Notes under the pieces: model-generated | Database searches by the model: none | What the model saw: the letters and a program-made list of their open reading frames with translations, nothing else | What the model was told of the DNA's origin: nothing | Shown here: piece by piece, positions 40,665 to 53,621 of the stretch | Numbering within the stretch: the stretch's first letter is position 1 | Layout: each line of letters starts with the position of its first letter | Assembly: GCA_003280965.1 (NCBI GenBank) | Contig: QCDI01000002.1 | Span: 1 to 64,000, forward strand | Length of the DNA: 64,000 bases | Source of the DNA: Prochlorococcus sp. AG-355-B18 | Lineage (GTDB): Bacteria > Cyanobacteriota > Cyanobacteriia > PCC-6307 > Cyanobiaceae | Reading direction: 5' to 3' | Made by a program: the position numbers and the translations under genes

Positions 40665-41746
40665 CCTACTTTAGAAAGATATTCAAGGATACCTTTTGCA
40701 ATTGCATAAGCTACTCTTTTACGATGAGCAGCTTTTTCTAATCTTCTTGCATCTAATCTTCCTGTTAAAAATCCAATTTCAACAAGAACTGCAGGCATCC
40801 TAGTATTTTTAATTACATAAAATCTACCCTGTTTAACCCCTCGATCAGGACTCCCAGGGGACACTCTTAAAATTTGTTTTTGAATTTTCTTGGCCAGTAA
40901 TCTACCTCTCCAACCTCTAAAGTAAAAGGTTTCTAATCCATTAATATCCCGCCTTTTCCCTCTTGAGGCATTCGCATGAATACTTACGAAGATATCCGCA
41001 TTAGTGTTGTTAGCAAAGGAAACTCTAGGAGGTAAATCCAAATTAACTTCATTTTTTCTAGTTAACCTAGCTTCGACACCTTTTTCAGAAAGTAACTTTT
41101 TAACTATTTTGGAAACCTCGAGTACAACATCTGTTTCTCTAATCCCACCAATACCGATTGCGCCTGGATCAGGCCCTCCATGCCCTGGATCGATAACAAC
41201 AGAAAATTTATTTTGTTTTACATTTGGCAATTGCAAATAATTTTGAACTTTTTTCCTCATATATTTTGAGCTTTGATCTTTTTTTGAAATTCTTATTTTC
41301 TTCTCAACAATGCCCTCACCAATCTTTGTAAACGAATATTTTGGCGTAAAAAGTTTAATTCTCCACCTATTTTGATCTAAGCCAACCATTCTCCAAGTCA
41401 AAGGGGCCAAATAAGTTTCCTCCTTGAATTCAACTACTAGTCTTGTTTTGCCCTCGCTTGGTTTGCCCAATCTGATTTCTTTTATTGGACCATTACCTTT
41501 TATTGTTCTTGGATTTTTTAATTCTCCAGGGAAATCTACCCAGAATCTATCCCCATATATTTGGTTGGCTTTCTGAAAATATGCTTTTAAATTTGTATTT
41601 GATTTAGTTCTTAATTCTAAAACACCATTTTTTTTTAATGCCCATGCCGCTAATGCACTTGAAGATTTTACTGGGAGAATCGCAGAATTTAAAAATAAAA
41701 AAACAGCTAGATAACGAAAAAGTTTATTATTTAAAAACTTTGACAT
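40661..41746 (-). CDS. N-acetylmuramoyl-L-alanine amidase (AmiC-like)
   Basis: IDPGHGGPDPGA, SIHANA, PAVLVEIGF. Confidence 0.93.
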   Translation of the reverse strand: MSKFLNNKLFRYLAVFLFLNSAILPVKSSSALAAWALKKNGVLELRTKSNTNLKAYFQKANQIYGDRFWVDFPGELKNPRTIKGNGPIKEIRLGKPSEGKTRLVVEFKEETYLAPLTWRMVGLDQNRWRIKLFTPKYSFTKIGEGIVEKKIRISKKDQSSKYMRKKVQNYLQLPNVKQNKFSVVIDPGHGGPDPGAIGIGGIRETDVVLEVSKIVKKLLSEKGVEARLTRKNEVNLDLPPRVSFANNTNADIFVSIHANASRGKRRDINGLETFYFRGWRGRLLAKKIQKQILRVSPGSPDRGVKQGRFYVIKNTRMPAVLVEIGFLTGRLDARRLEKAAHRKRVAYAIAKGILEYLSKVG

Positions 41747-42573
41747 TAGTTCGAAAACAATTCGTTTTTTCTATGTTGAAGGCTTGGCATCTGCTCTCTA
41801 ATTTTCTTTACTCTTTCTTTATCAGCCGGAGCTATCGCAGCACCTTGAGTTTTACCAGCATCAGACAAAACAGTGCCCCATGGATCAATTACCATTGCAT
41901 GGCCATGACTTTGTCTTCTACCATAATGAATCCCAGTTTGAGCTGGAGCAACCACATAGGCAGTATTCTCTATGGCTCTTGCTTGTAAAAGTATTTGCCA
42001 GTGATCTTTCCCAGTAAATGCTGTAAAAGCTGCAGGAATCATAATTAAATCTGCACCATTCGAAGACAAATATCTATAAAGTTCAGGGAATCTAACGTCG
42101 TAACAAATTGATAATCCTACTTTGCATAAACCTGGGACATCTACGACAGGCGGATATTCCTCACCGGATAAAATAGTAGATGATTCCTTATACAAATTTC
42201 CATCTGGCAAATCAACATCAAATAAATGTATTTTGTCGTATTTTGCCAAAATCTGTCCATCTTTGCCAAATAGTGCTGACCTGTTAAAAGTATGAGTATT
42301 GTCACCAGCAGGAACAGGATATCCTCCCCCCAAAAGAAATACTTGATATCTTTGTGACATGGTTTTGAGGAAGTTTGTACACTTTATTGACAATTCAGAA
42401 GCTAATCTAAGTTTTTCATCATCTTCTCCCAAAAACGCAAAATTCTCAGGCAATCCTATTAACTCAGCACCTCTTCTAGAAGCTAATTCGATCTGTTCTT
42501 CAGCTTCAGCAAAATTTGCTTCAACATTTGAAGTACTTGTAATTTGCAACGCTGCTACCAAAAAATCAGTCAA
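41746..42573 (-). CDS. Carbon-nitrogen hydrolase (Nit1-like)
   Basis: LPEN, YDKIHLFD, ICYDVRFPE, ARAIEN. Confidence 0.92.
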   Translation of the reverse strand: MTDFLVAALQITSTSNVEANFAEAEEQIELASRRGAELIGLPENFAFLGEDDEKLRLASELSIKCTNFLKTMSQRYQVFLLGGGYPVPAGDNTHTFNRSALFGKDGQILAKYDKIHLFDVDLPDGNLYKESSTILSGEEYPPVVDVPGLCKVGLSICYDVRFPELYRYLSSNGADLIMIPAAFTAFTGKDHWQILLQARAIENTAYVVAPAQTGIHYGRRQSHGHAMVIDPWGTVLSDAGKTQGAAIAPADKERVKKIREQMPSLQHRKNELFSN

Positions 42574-42603
42574 GAACTTACTCCTAGTGAATCAATTCGT
42601 AAA

Positions 42604-43338
42604 TCATGAGGCACGAATCACACCCCTTTCAACTTGAGCAGGAACGATATCTAAGCAATCAAGCTCAGAACAACATTTAAAATCATCCTCATAATCTCCA
42701 AGACTTGTCAATCTTTTGCCATGGGTCGCTGTTTTTAGACATTTCAAAATATCATTTTTCCAAAAATCCCATAATGCCAAAGCAGCCTGTAATTCGTCAT
42801 TCATAATATTAATTTCAAAATCACAGTTCTTTTCCAAGTAGGACGCCAAAGCACCAGCAGCTAAAGAATCCTCAAGTGAATATGAGCCTTCCCAACCACT
42901 ACCCAGTATTAGAACATTTTCACTTTTTAATGAAATGATTTTTTCGGCTACTGCTTTTCTATTTGGAAGTCCCATAGCAAATAAATGCTTTGCATTTTGA
43001 ACTTTTTGCAATGACTTGGTCCCATTTGTAGTACTCATAAATAGTCTTTTACCATTAACAACTTTTTTTGTAACTGATAAAGGAGAGTTGCCTAAATCAA
43101 AACCTTCGATCTTCTTCCCGCCTCTCTCTCCAAGCATTAGTCTCTCTTCTGCCTTCCACTTAATTGCGGATACTTTCAATAAATCTAGATCTGCAAAAAC
43201 TTGTATTGAGTCGGCGCCATTTTTTAAAGCCCAAGAAATTGTAGTCGTTGCTCTTAAAACATCAATAACAACTGCAATATCAGGATTTATTTCTGGAACA
43301 TCTTTTGCAACGTGATAATAAGTAAGATTAATGATCAA
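42604..43338 (-). CDS. comB: 2-phosphosulfolactate phosphatase family protein
   Basis: VIDVLRATTT, GERGG, GNSP, STTNGT. Confidence 0.9.
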   Translation of the reverse strand: MIINLTYYHVAKDVPEINPDIAVVIDVLRATTTISWALKNGADSIQVFADLDLLKVSAIKWKAEERLMLGERGGKKIEGFDLGNSPLSVTKKVVNGKRLFMSTTNGTKSLQKVQNAKHLFAMGLPNRKAVAEKIISLKSENVLILGSGWEGSYSLEDSLAAGALASYLEKNCDFEINIMNDELQAALALWDFWKNDILKCLKTATHGKRLTSLGDYEDDFKCCSELDCLDIVPAQVERGVIRAS

Positions 43339-43458
43339 ATCCTTTTGCTAGATTTATTATAGAAAACAGTTACTTACTTTGAATATTTTTTTTTAAACAC
43401 AAACTTATTGATAAAATATATTTACATTTGAATTTGTAAATTCTTTTCCAGTATTAAT

Positions 43459-44775
43459 TTGAAAATGAATAATATCCGCACAATAAAAGGTGGAGTTAAT
43501 TTAAGAGGAAAAATAAAAGTACCTGGAGATAAATCAATCTCTCATAGAGCTTTGATAATTGGAAGTATTGCTAAGGGTGAAACTACAATTGAGGGGTTTT
43601 TACATTCTGAAGATCCGCTTTCGACTGCTGATTGTCTTAGAAAATTAGGTGTAAACATACCAGAAATAAAAAAAGATGAGCCTTTTAAGATTTCAGGGTT
43701 GGGTCTTGATGGATTAAAAGAGCCTAGAGAAGTTCTGAATTGTGGGAATTCAGGAACCACCATGCGATTATTAATGGGGTTATTAGCCGGTCAAGAAGAT
43801 AAGAATTTTATCTTAACAGGGGATGATTCTCTTAATGGAAGACCAATGGGTAGAGTAGGAAAACCATTATCTTTAATGGGTGGCAAAATTTTTGGTAGAG
43901 AGAAAGGGAACAAAGCTCCGATCTCAATTGATGGGAATAAACTTAAAGGATGTGTTATAGGAACCCCTGTAGCAAGTGCTCAAGTGAAATCCGCAATATT
44001 ATTAGCAGGCCTTAAAGCTTCTGGAACCACTTCTGTTATTGAGCCAGCATCTTCAAGAGATCATACCGAAAGAATGTTAAAAGCATTTGGAGCAGATATA
44101 AGTATCAGAGGAGAATTAGGAAGGAATGTAGTAATAAAGTCAGGGGGTAACTTAATTGGTCAGAGAATATTAATCCCTGGAGACATAAGCTCTGCTTCCT
44201 TTTGGATGATTGCTGCATCTATTGTTCCAAATTCGGAAATTTTAATTCAAAATGTCGGATTAAATCCCACTAGAACAGGGATTTTAAATGTAATGGATTC
44301 CATGGGTTGCGATTATGAAATTTTAGATAAATCGACGATTGCAGGAGAACCTATTGGATCTATTAAAGTAAAGACTGCAGATAATTTAAGATCATTCACT
44401 ATTGAAGGTGATATTCTCCCAAAACTTATAGATGAAATTCCTATCCTTACTGTTGCTGCCTGTTTTTGTGACGGAGTTTCTGAAATTAAGGATGCACAAG
44501 AATTAAGAGTTAAGGAAACAGATCGATTAAAAGTCATGGCAAGACAGTTAAACAAATTCGGTGCTGAAATAATAGAAAAAGAAGATGGGCTAATTATTAA
44601 TGGTCAATCAAAATTTCATTCTGCGGACGTAGACAGTGAGACGGATCATAGAGTAGCAATGAGTCTTGCTATTGCGTCACTTCTGGCCAAAGGTACCTCA
44701 AAAATTAAGAGAGCAGATGCTGCTAGCGTCTCCTATCCCACTTTTTGGGAAGAGCTTGCCAAACTAACTAACTAA
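43459..44775 (+). CDS. aroA: EPSP synthase
   Basis: [41 protein letters not shown]. Confidence 0.98.
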   Translation: MKMNNIRTIKGGVNLRGKIKVPGDKSISHRALIIGSIAKGETTIEGFLHSEDPLSTADCLRKLGVNIPEIKKDEPFKISGLGLDGLKEPREVLNCGNSGTTMRLLMGLLAGQEDKNFILTGDDSLNGRPMGRVGKPLSLMGGKIFGREKGNKAPISIDGNKLKGCVIGTPVASAQVKSAILLAGLKASGTTSVIEPASSRDHTERMLKAFGADISIRGELGRNVVIKSGGNLIGQRILIPGDISSASFWMIAASIVPNSEILIQNVGLNPTRTGILNVMDSMGCDYEILDKSTIAGEPIGSIKVKTADNLRSFTIEGDILPKLIDEIPILTVAACFCDGVSEIKDAQELRVKETDRLKVMARQLNKFGAEIIEKEDGLIINGQSKFHSADVDSETDHRVAMSLAIASLLAKGTSKIKRADAASVSYPTFWEELAKLTN

Positions 44776-44787
44776 CTTAAAAAGTTT

Positions 44788-45693
44788 TTGTCTGAATTAA
44801 TTGAAGTTTTAACAAAAGATGGGAGTTACTCTTTAAAAAGTGTACTTTTTCAAGAGAATTTCCATAGCTTATTAGGAGCATTGGAGGAAACAAAATTAAA
44901 GTTTACAGCTCCGTCTAATTTGCAAAGATTTAAGGGAAAATCTCTTAATGTTTTGGATATATGTTTTGGTTTAGGATACAATTCCGCTTCTTTATTAAAT
45001 GAATTAATTAAACAAAAATCGTATTTAAATTTGTATGCTTTAGAGATTGATAAAAAGCCTCTTGAATATTCGCTTAGAAATGAATCTTTCCTGAATTTAT
45101 GGGCTCCAAAAGTAAAAACAATATTTAAATCATTGTATCGAAAAGATTACTTCGAAGATCAATTTTTTAAATGTAGTCTTTTATGGGGTGATGCTAGAGA
45201 AAAAATTAACATTATTCCTTCATCTATTAAATTCGATCTAATTTATTTAGATGGTTTTTCTCCTCAAAAATGCCCACAAGTATGGACAATTGAATTTTTA
45301 TCTAAAGTAAAAGAAAAGCTCAATTCTCAAGGGTATCTAATAACTTATTCTTCTTCAGCTGCAGTAAGAAAGACATTAAGAAATCTTGGATTAGAGATTT
45401 TTACTATTAAACCAAGATTTAATAACAGAACTTTTTGGAGTCAGGGAACAGTAGCAATATCAAAATTCGATAAGAATAAATTGAAATCCAATTCCAACTT
45501 TGAAAAGTTATCTTTAATGGAAGAGGAACATCTCTTAACTAAAGCTAGTATTCCATATAGAGATAAAGATTTAAACTCAAGTAAAGACTACATAATTAAG
45601 AATAGATTAGATGAGCAATTATTATCAAATCTATTATCTACAAATAAATGGAGAGAGAAGTGGGGAATGACGAAGTTATCCGTTAAGAGTTAG
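44788..45693 (+). CDS. MnmC-type SAM-dependent methyltransferase
   Basis: TKDGSYSL, DICFGLGYN, YLDGFSPQKCP. Confidence 0.85.
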   Translation: MSELIEVLTKDGSYSLKSVLFQENFHSLLGALEETKLKFTAPSNLQRFKGKSLNVLDICFGLGYNSASLLNELIKQKSYLNLYALEIDKKPLEYSLRNESFLNLWAPKVKTIFKSLYRKDYFEDQFFKCSLLWGDAREKINIIPSSIKFDLIYLDGFSPQKCPQVWTIEFLSKVKEKLNSQGYLITYSSSAAVRKTLRNLGLEIFTIKPRFNNRTFWSQGTVAISKFDKNKLKSNSNFEKLSLMEEEHLLTKASIPYRDKDLNSSKDYIIKNRLDEQLLSNLLSTNKWREKWGMTKLSVKS

Positions 45694-45718
45694 ATTTAAA
45701 TAAGGATTACAAATAAAC

Positions 45719-47068
45719 ATGTTAAGTGTTGCGATATTAGCGGCAGGCAAGGGCACTAGGATGGAAAGCTCATTGCCAAAAGTTTTACATAAAATTTCTG
45801 GCAAAAGTCTTCTTCAAAGAGTAATTGATTCATGTGCTCAATTAAAACCTGATCAAATTTTTGTAATTACAGGACACAAATCAAAAGAAGTACAAAAGTC
45901 AATCCCAAACGATAAAAAAATCCATGTTGTTATTCAAGAACCTCAATCAGGAACCGGTCATGCTATTCAGATACTTTGTAGACAAGTAAAAAAACATGAA
46001 GGAAAACTTTTGGTATTGAACGGCGATGTGCCACTCATAAGGCCTAGGACTCTAAAAAAACTTTTATGTTTACACGATTCAAAAAATGCTGATGTTTCTT
46101 TAATTACAACAAAGAAAAAGAATCCTCATGGATATGGAAGAGTATTTTTGAAGGAGGACTTTATAGAGAAAATTGTTGAAGAAAAAGATTGCAACGATCT
46201 TGAAAGAGAAAATCCATTAATAAATGCAGGTATTTATTGTTTTAACTGGAATAAATTGTCAGAGATAATTAATAATTTGCAAAGCAATAATATTCAAAAA
46301 GAAATTTACTTAACAGATACAGTATCTTTGCTAAATAATTCCTTAAGCCTAGAGATAGAGGATAATGGAGAGCTTCAAGGAATTAATAACAGAATTCAAT
46401 TATCAGAGTGCGAGGAAATTATTCAGAATTTAATTAAAGAAAAGCATATGCTTAATGGTGTAACTTTTATAAATAAAGCAAGTTGTTCAATTAGTGAAGA
46501 AGCTGAAATTGGTAAGGATGTGATTGTAGAGGCTAATACACATATAAGGGGAAGTACCAAAATAAATAGTTATTGCATTATCGGTCCGAATGCTTTTATT
46601 GAGAATTCTAAGGTGGGATTAAATTGCGAAATTTCAAACTCTACTGTTTATGCTTCTGAGATTATGGATTATATAAAAATTGGCCCTTATAGCCATATAA
46701 GACCTAATTCCAAAATATCTTCCTATAGCAAAATTGGTAATTTTGTTGAAATCAAAAATAGTCAATTAGAGGAAGAAACTAAAGTCAACCATTTAAGTTA
46801 TATTGGCGATTCTATTATTGGAAGATCTACAAATATTGGAGCAGGAACTATTACTGCAAATTTTGATGGTCAGAAAAAACACCAAACAAGAATTGGCAAG
46901 AATTCCAGTATTGGTGCAAATACAGTATTTGTTGCGCCAATAAATCTCGGGGAATCAGTTACAACAGGAGCTGGTTCAGTGATCACCAAAGACTCCAAAA
47001 ATAATTCATTAGCAATTTCAAGAACTAAGCAAGTAAATATAGAAAATTGGAAAAGAAAAAAATCTTGA
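45719..47068 (+). CDS. glmU: Bifunctional UDP-GlcNAc pyrophosphorylase/acetyltransferase
   Basis: LAAGKGTRM, hexapeptide repeats, HLSYIGD. Confidence 0.97.
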   Translation: MLSVAILAAGKGTRMESSLPKVLHKISGKSLLQRVIDSCAQLKPDQIFVITGHKSKEVQKSIPNDKKIHVVIQEPQSGTGHAIQILCRQVKKHEGKLLVLNGDVPLIRPRTLKKLLCLHDSKNADVSLITTKKKNPHGYGRVFLKEDFIEKIVEEKDCNDLERENPLINAGIYCFNWNKLSEIINNLQSNNIQKEIYLTDTVSLLNNSLSLEIEDNGELQGINNRIQLSECEEIIQNLIKEKHMLNGVTFINKASCSISEEAEIGKDVIVEANTHIRGSTKINSYCIIGPNAFIENSKVGLNCEISNSTVYASEIMDYIKIGPYSHIRPNSKISSYSKIGNFVEIKNSQLEEETKVNHLSYIGDSIIGRSTNIGAGTITANFDGQKKHQTRIGKNSSIGANTVFVAPINLGESVTTGAGSVITKDSKNNSLAISRTKQVNIENWKRKKS

Positions 47069-47069
47069 T

Positions 47070-48443
47070 CTAATTAATTAATTCAATAATTTTTTCAAGC
47101 TGCCAACATCTGCTACCTTTTATAAGTATAGAATCGCCTTGTTTTGTAGAATTGTTTATCTCTTTAGGTACATCATTAATATTATTCAAAACTAAAAATT
47201 TATTCTTATCTTTTAGATAATTACTGTAATTTTTTTCATTTTTTTTATCGCAAATAAATAAACATTTTTCTATTTCTGAATTATTTATTAAGTTGAATAT
47301 TTCTATATGATATTTTTCAGATTCTTCTCCCAATTCTTGCATACTTCCAAATATGAAAAATTTATTTCTCGGTTTTTCAAGAAGACTTTTAATACATGCT
47401 TTTACTGACTCTGGCGAAGCATTATATGATTCATCATATATTGTTGTTTTGATTGATTTAAGAATTTTATTCCTTCCACCTAAACTTACAAAATCAAATT
47501 TATTAAAGCTGGCAAAATCAATGCCAAACTCTTTAGCAACTGCATAAGCAAATAAGAAATTCGAAGCATTGTGAAATCCCTCAAATGAAATTTGAAAGGT
47601 ATTTTCTTCAATTAAAATTGTTTTATTCGAAGGATTATAAAATCCTCGCAAATTATCGTCTTTCTTAAAGCTCTCCTTTTGACTTTCTCCATCTAATAAT
47701 TCTACTTTCATTACTCTACCTTTCCAGTATCCTTTTAAGGTTTCCTCTAAAGAATTATCATTTGCTGGAATTATTACAACTCCTTTAGGATTTAAAAACT
47801 TACTAATTTCACACTTTGCACAAGTAATATTTTTTTTCGAGCCTAACAATCCAATATGTGCTGTTCCAATATTAGTAATAACTGCAATATCGGGTTTACT
47901 ATATTTAGACAAATTTTCGATCTGTCCAAGGCCTCTCATGCCCATCTCAAGTACCAAAACTTTATCTTCTACATCTGTGTCAAGAATACTAAGACCAACC
48001 CCAATCTCATTATTGAAATTTGCATGGGATAGTTTAACTTTTCCAAGTTTTTTTAAAACTTCACCAATCATTTCTTTAGTTGTTGTTTTACCCACTGAAC
48101 CAGTTATTGCAACCAATGGTATATTTAATTTTTTTCTTTTAAGAAGAGTTAATTTTTGAAATGCCTCTAATGTATCATTTACAACCCAATAAGGAAAATC
48201 ACTGGGAAGTAATTTCTGCATACCTTCTTTAATTACAACTGCTTTAACTTCTTTCTTTAAAACCTCTGGCAAAAAATTATGCGCGTCAAAATTTTTACCC
48301 TTTATAGCTATAAAGAGATCATTTTTTAATAAAGTTCTACTATCAATACTTATATTTTTAAATTTAAAAAAATTTATTTTTTCCCCTCCAGGATTTTTAA
48401 TATCACCCAATACGTCGTTTAATTCTGATAAAGAAAAATCCAT
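47070..48443 (-). CDS. murF: UDP-MurNAc-tripeptide--D-Ala-D-Ala ligase
   Basis: ITGSVGKTTTKE, NNEIG, DESYNASPES, KGSR. Confidence 0.96.
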   Translation of the reverse strand: MDFSLSELNDVLGDIKNPGGEKINFFKFKNISIDSRTLLKNDLFIAIKGKNFDAHNFLPEVLKKEVKAVVIKEGMQKLLPSDFPYWVVNDTLEAFQKLTLLKRKKLNIPLVAITGSVGKTTTKEMIGEVLKKLGKVKLSHANFNNEIGVGLSILDTDVEDKVLVLEMGMRGLGQIENLSKYSKPDIAVITNIGTAHIGLLGSKKNITCAKCEISKFLNPKGVVIIPANDNSLEETLKGYWKGRVMKVELLDGESQKESFKKDDNLRGFYNPSNKTILIEENTFQISFEGFHNASNFLFAYAVAKEFGIDFASFNKFDFVSLGGRNKILKSIKTTIYDESYNASPESVKACIKSLLEKPRNKFFIFGSMQELGEESEKYHIEIFNLINNSEIEKCLFICDKKNEKNYSNYLKDKNKFLVLNNINDVPKEINNSTKQGDSILIKGSRCWQLEKIIELIN

Positions 48444-48455
48444 TAATATGTTAAG

Positions 48456-49907
48456 TCATACTTTTTTTAAAGATGGATCAGCAGATTGACCATAAGAGAA
48501 CTTTTCAACTTCAGCAACATCTGGAGATGGCTCCTTTATTCCGCAAACATCTTTATACATAATTTCGTATTCGAGAGCTGATCTTTGCCAACTGAACTCT
48601 TGGCTCATGGCTCTTTTTTGCAGTGATTCCCAGCTATCTTTATGCCTAAATGCCTCCCAAGATCTTACTAATGAAGTATAGAAATCTATAGGCTCAAAAC
48701 GATCAAAGCAAAAACCCGTACCACTATTGTTTTCTGGGTCATGAGGTAAAACTGTGTCAACCAAGCCTCCAACTCTTCTTACAATTGGAATTGAGCCATA
48801 TCTCATAGCAAGAAGTTGACTAATGCCACAAGGTTCGAATCTACTTGGCATTAAAAATGCATCGGAGCCACCATATATAAGCCTTGATAAAGAATCATCA
48901 TAAGTAAGAAATACTGAAAATCTGCCCGGGTAATCTAACGCTAATTGCCATAATCCTGATTCTAAATATCTATCACCCGTCCCTAAAACAGCTATTTGCG
49001 AATCTGTATATGCTAAAAGTCTTCTTGAAACTTGTAGAAGTAAATCAACTCCTTTCTGATCAACCAATCTACTAACCATACCTAAAAGATATTTTTTAGG
49101 GTTAACTTCAAGGCCCATTTCTCTCTGAAGTATTTTCTTATTTTCACTCCTCTTTTCTAAATTTTTAATACTAAATTTTGCTGGAAGAACTGGATCTTTT
49201 GCTGGATTCCATTCATCTAGATCTATACCATTAAGAATCCCTCGTAATTTACCTGATATGTAATTAAGTAATCCTTCAAGGCTTTCCCCATATTCATGAG
49301 TTTTAATTTCATAAGCATAAGTGGGAGAAACAGCATTTACCCTATCTGCGTATAACATAGCCGCTGCCATTGTGTGGTCTCCGTGCATATACCAAGGACA
49401 CCAAGTCATTTTTTCTAGTTTCCATCTCCAGGGTCCTTGGTATTTTAAATTATGGATTGTAAAAACAGTGCTAATTTCGGGGTCTTGATGCATCCACACA
49501 GGAATCATTCCAGTGTGCCAATCATGGCAATGGAGAACTTGAGGCTTCCAACAATTCCAGGCAAATTCTGCAGTTGCACTAGCAAAAAATGTAAAGCGCC
49601 AGTCTTCATTTTCACCTCCGTATATTTGGTCAGAGTCAAATGTTGGATGCCCAACTAGGTAAATTACATAATTATGAATGGGATGTTTTGCTTCATATAC
49701 GGCGAAATCAGTGCCCATTGTATTTGCACTAAAGACTGGTTCATTAGATACCTCTAGAAGACTCCACAATTTCCCATACCCTGGAATTATTACCCTTACA
49801 TCGTGACCAAGTTTTATCAAAGATGGAGGTAAAGAACCAACTACATCTCCCATACCTCCAACTTTGATCATTGGAGCACATTCAGCAGCGGCAAGAAGAA
49901 TTCTCAT
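48456..49907 (-). CDS. glgA: Glycogen synthase
   Basis: [23 protein letters not shown]. Confidence 0.97.
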   Translation of the reverse strand: MRILLAAAECAPMIKVGGMGDVVGSLPPSLIKLGHDVRVIIPGYGKLWSLLEVSNEPVFSANTMGTDFAVYEAKHPIHNYVIYLVGHPTFDSDQIYGGENEDWRFTFFASATAEFAWNCWKPQVLHCHDWHTGMIPVWMHQDPEISTVFTIHNLKYQGPWRWKLEKMTWCPWYMHGDHTMAAAMLYADRVNAVSPTYAYEIKTHEYGESLEGLLNYISGKLRGILNGIDLDEWNPAKDPVLPAKFSIKNLEKRSENKKILQREMGLEVNPKKYLLGMVSRLVDQKGVDLLLQVSRRLLAYTDSQIAVLGTGDRYLESGLWQLALDYPGRFSVFLTYDDSLSRLIYGGSDAFLMPSRFEPCGISQLLAMRYGSIPIVRRVGGLVDTVLPHDPENNSGTGFCFDRFEPIDFYTSLVRSWEAFRHKDSWESLQKRAMSQEFSWQRSALEYEIMYKDVCGIKEPSPDVAEVEKFSYGQSADPSLKKV

Positions 49908-49943
49908 TGATAATTATTTAAAAAGTTCTTTTGAAGAAATAAA

Positions 49944-50801
49944 CTATGGTGTCCATTTGTAGTCAGAAAAATCTGGTGGACGCTTTTCAAGAAAGGCATC
50001 TCTACCTTCTTGAGCTTCTTTAGTCGAATAAAATAATTGAGTTGCGTATCCAGATAACTCTTGAATACCTGCAATTCCATCATTCTCGGCATTGAATGAA
50101 GCTTTAAGAATACGAATAGCAGTTGGACTATTTCGTAAAATCTCTCTTGCCCAGATTACACCCTCAGCTTCTAATTCTTCAATCTTTGTTATTGCATTTA
50201 TCAAGCCCATCTCAAGAGCTTCCTTGGAATTATATTTTCTACATAGGAACCAAATTTCTTTTGCTTTTCTTTGACCAACAAGTCTTGCTAAATAACTAGA
50301 TCCAAATCCCGCATCAAAACTACCAACTCTTGGACCTGTTTGACCAAATATTGCATTTTCAGAGGCGATACTGAGATCACAAATTAAATGAAGTACCTGA
50401 CCTCCTCCAATAGCAAAACCAGGAATTAAGGCAATAACCACTTTAGGCAAACTTCTTATTAATCTTTGAAGTTCAAGTACATTTAATCTCTGCTTCCCTT
50501 TATCATTTTTATATCCATTTTCACCTCTTACACTCTGATCGCCTCCAGAGCAAAAAGAATAAATACCTTTCTTGTCAGGTCCCGCACCTGTAAACAGAAC
50601 TACTCCAATAGTTTCATCATTTCTTACGATATTAAATGCCTTAATTAGTTCATCTACAGTTTGAGGTCTAAATGCATTTCTTTTTTCAGGCCGATTAATT
50701 GCAATTCTCGCAATTCCCTCATCTGATTTGTGAAACAATATATCCTCATAAGATTTGCATTCTGACCAATTTAAAGTTGTTTTACCAGGTAATACTTTCA
50801 T
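49944..50801 (-). CDS. menB: 1,4-dihydroxy-2-naphthoyl-CoA synthase
   Basis: [25 protein letters not shown]. Confidence 0.97.
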   Translation of the reverse strand: MKVLPGKTTLNWSECKSYEDILFHKSDEGIARIAINRPEKRNAFRPQTVDELIKAFNIVRNDETIGVVLFTGAGPDKKGIYSFCSGGDQSVRGENGYKNDKGKQRLNVLELQRLIRSLPKVVIALIPGFAIGGGQVLHLICDLSIASENAIFGQTGPRVGSFDAGFGSSYLARLVGQRKAKEIWFLCRKYNSKEALEMGLINAITKIEELEAEGVIWAREILRNSPTAIRILKASFNAENDGIAGIQELSGYATQLFYSTKEAQEGRDAFLEKRPPDFSDYKWTP

Positions 50802-50836
50802 GAAACCTAATTATTCAAAAATAGAAAATGATAAAT

Positions 50837-52600
50837 TTAACTGCTAATTATTTTTTCTAGCAGAGCATTTTTTTCACAAATTTCATTTTCTGGATCAATA
50901 TCAACTTTAATTATTACAGATTTCTGGATGGAAATGCTCCAATCGAATGCCTCTCGTAATTTTTTAAAATTTGCCACACTTTTAAATTTTACTTGATAAG
51001 CCTCTGCGAGTTTTGGCCAGTTTATTTCTTTTGGCATAAGAAAAAGTTTTTTTAATTCATCTTCTTTTAAATTTTCTTTATAAATACGATTAAATATATT
51101 TCCGCCATAATTATTTATCAGAAGAATTGTTAAATTCATGTCGATTGAATTTTCAATCAGCCAACCGTTTATATCATGAATAAAAGCTAAATCTCCAGTC
51201 ACAAGAAGTAGAGGATTTTTAATTCTCGAAATACCTAATGCAAGAGATAAAGTACCGTCTATGCCGGAAGCTCCTCTAAAACTGAAACAATTTCTTGTTA
51301 AAGTATTATTCTCAGAAAATGTAAGCCAATCTCTAATCGGGCTGCTCGCGGAGAGCATTATAGGATTTTCAGCTGGCCAAAGTTTTGGAACAAGATTTGC
51401 AAGCATATACTCAGTAATTTGATTATCTTGTGTAATTTTCTCTTTTAAAATTCCTTTAATCTGCTCGCCTTGCTCTATTAGATCTAGCGCCATCGGAGTA
51501 AGAGACTTTTTATTTTTTTCGTTAATTGATAATTCTTTTAACAATAAAGTAGTAAAATTTGATAACCCAAAATCATATTCAAATGATTTTTTTATAGGGT
51601 CCAATTTTCTATAGTTTTTTTCTTTTATAAGAATTTGTATCCCTTCAAAGTTTATTAAAAACTTCTCCAAATCAATTGAGGATGACATAGGGCCAAGCCT
51701 CAAAAGTTGATGACAATTTATTGAATTTTGATTTTTTCTTAAGACTAATTCCCAATTTACAACTAATCCTCTCAAATCAGAATAAACTCCTGAAACAGGA
51801 TCAGCGAATACCGGCCAACCAGTAATTTCTTGTAATTGTTCTAAAGATTTGTTGAAAGAAGATAAGTCATTTATAGAACCTTGATAGGGACCTACCAAAA
51901 TAATGCCAGATTCATCTAAATTTAAAATTTTTGAAATTTCTAAGAATTTGTTTTTATTAGACTTTATTTCAACTTCCTGAAATATATATTTTTTATTTAA
52001 ATAAATTCTCTCAAAAACCTCTAAAACATTTTTTTTATTCAAAAATGAAATACCTAAAGGCTTATCAATAGGAATATTTAAATGAATAGGACCAGGGAAG
52101 GTTGATATTTGTTTCTCAGTAATTCGAACTAAATTCAAGATTTCATTTTCTTGTGTTTCATGAAGTCCATTTAGATTTGTACTTAAAACCCTTCTGCAGA
52201 CTGAACTCAAAAAATCTTCCTGATTTACTGTTTGATTAGCGCCACAATCTTTTAATCTTAAGGGTCTATCAGCAGTAAGAAATATAATATTTTTACAAGA
52301 TCGGTCTGCCTCAACTGCTGCTGGCAATAAGTTACTTACGGCAGTCCCAGAAGTAGTAATAACTAAAGAAAGATCACCTGATGCAGCAGAAATCCCAAGA
52401 GAGTGGAATCCCGCAGATCTCTCATCTATTGAATTAAAAATGTTTATCAGTCCTAATTTATTTAATTCTCCAGCAGCTATTGCTAAAGGTGCTGATCTAC
52501 TGCCAGGACATAGTATTAAATTTTGAACTCCTATTTTTATAAGAAGATTCAAAAGTTGTAAACTTCTAAGAAAATTTTTGCATTCAATAGATGATGTCAT
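50837..52600 (-). CDS. menD: SEPHCHC synthase
   Basis: [30 protein letters not shown]. Confidence 0.96.
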   Translation of the reverse strand: MTSSIECKNFLRSLQLLNLLIKIGVQNLILCPGSRSAPLAIAAGELNKLGLINIFNSIDERSAGFHSLGISAASGDLSLVITTSGTAVSNLLPAAVEADRSCKNIIFLTADRPLRLKDCGANQTVNQEDFLSSVCRRVLSTNLNGLHETQENEILNLVRITEKQISTFPGPIHLNIPIDKPLGISFLNKKNVLEVFERIYLNKKYIFQEVEIKSNKNKFLEISKILNLDESGIILVGPYQGSINDLSSFNKSLEQLQEITGWPVFADPVSGVYSDLRGLVVNWELVLRKNQNSINCHQLLRLGPMSSSIDLEKFLINFEGIQILIKEKNYRKLDPIKKSFEYDFGLSNFTTLLLKELSINEKNKKSLTPMALDLIEQGEQIKGILKEKITQDNQITEYMLANLVPKLWPAENPIMLSASSPIRDWLTFSENNTLTRNCFSFRGASGIDGTLSLALGISRIKNPLLLVTGDLAFIHDINGWLIENSIDMNLTILLINNYGGNIFNRIYKENLKEDELKKLFLMPKEINWPKLAEAYQVKFKSVANFKKLREAFDWSISIQKSVIIKVDIDPENEICEKNALLEKIISS

Positions 52601-52649
52601 AATTTATGTAAATGCTTTGCGATTTCCTAATAACAGAATTAAATAAAAC

Positions 52650-53234
52650 ATGTCTACAACTCAAGAAAAAAGAAATTTAATACTAAAGGATTTAAAAAAT
52701 CTTTTAATCTGGATATCTATAGCTCTAATTATACGATGGCAGGTAGTAGAGCCTAGATGGATCCCATCCGGTTCAATGCTTCCAACTCTTCAAATACAAG
52801 ATAAAATTCTCGTTGAGAAAGTAACCCCCAAAATCACATCCAAATCAAATCTTTCAAAATTAAAGAATAAAATAGTTGTTTTTAATGTTCCGGAACAATT
52901 AATTAATGCTGGTTATGAAGCAGATACTGCACTAATAAAAAGAGTAATTGGAATACCTGGAGACAAGGTAGAAGTAAGAGAGGGTAACCTTTACTTAAAT
53001 GATATCGCTCAAAATAATTACGTTTTTGACAAAAATATTAATTATTCTATAGGGCCTTTTATTGTCCCAGAAGAGTCATTATGGGTGATGGGAGATAACA
53101 GAAATAACAGTATGGACTCACATATTTGGGGATTTTTACCCTATGAAAAGGTTATTGGCAAAGCTATTTTTAGATATTGGCCGTTTAATAAAATTGGACC
53201 TATTCGGTTCCCTGCCCTTAATAATTTAGATTAA
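52650..53234 (+). CDS. lepB: Signal peptidase I
   Basis: IPSGSMLPTL, IKRVIG, GDNRNNSMDSH. Confidence 0.95.
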   Translation: MSTTQEKRNLILKDLKNLLIWISIALIIRWQVVEPRWIPSGSMLPTLQIQDKILVEKVTPKITSKSNLSKLKNKIVVFNVPEQLINAGYEADTALIKRVIGIPGDKVEVREGNLYLNDIAQNNYVFDKNINYSIGPFIVPEESLWVMGDNRNNSMDSHIWGFLPYEKVIGKAIFRYWPFNKIGPIRFPALNNLD

Positions 53235-53279
53235 TGGGTACTTAATGTTGTAAGGTTTTTATATCTTGAAGTTGTAGAA

Positions 53280-53615
53280 ATGTTTAATCCAGAATTTCTT
53301 GCTACTGAAAATAATGATCCAAACGATGAGAATGATTTAATTCAATATTTACAAAAACAATCTCCTGAAGTTTTACAAAGAGTCGCAAAGTCAGCTAGTG
53401 AAGATATTCAAGAAATTATTAGACATAATGTTCAAGGTCTTCTTGGAATGCTTCCTTCAGATCAATTTGATGTAAAAATAACATCTTCAAAAGACAACAT
53501 TGCTAATTTATTATCATCTGCAATGATGACAGGATATTTCTTAAGACAAATGGAGCAAAGAAAAGAGCTGGAACAAACTCTTAAAAATGATGAAAATATG
53601 TCTATTGAAGAATAA
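53280..53615 (+). CDS. DUF760 family protein
   Basis: LIQYLQ...VQGLLGMLP...SAMMTGYFLRQMEQR. Confidence 0.85.
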   Translation: MFNPEFLATENNDPNDENDLIQYLQKQSPEVLQRVAKSASEDIQEIIRHNVQGLLGMLPSDQFDVKITSSKDNIANLLSSAMMTGYFLRQMEQRKELEQTLKNDENMSIEE

Positions 53616-53621
53616 AAGTTT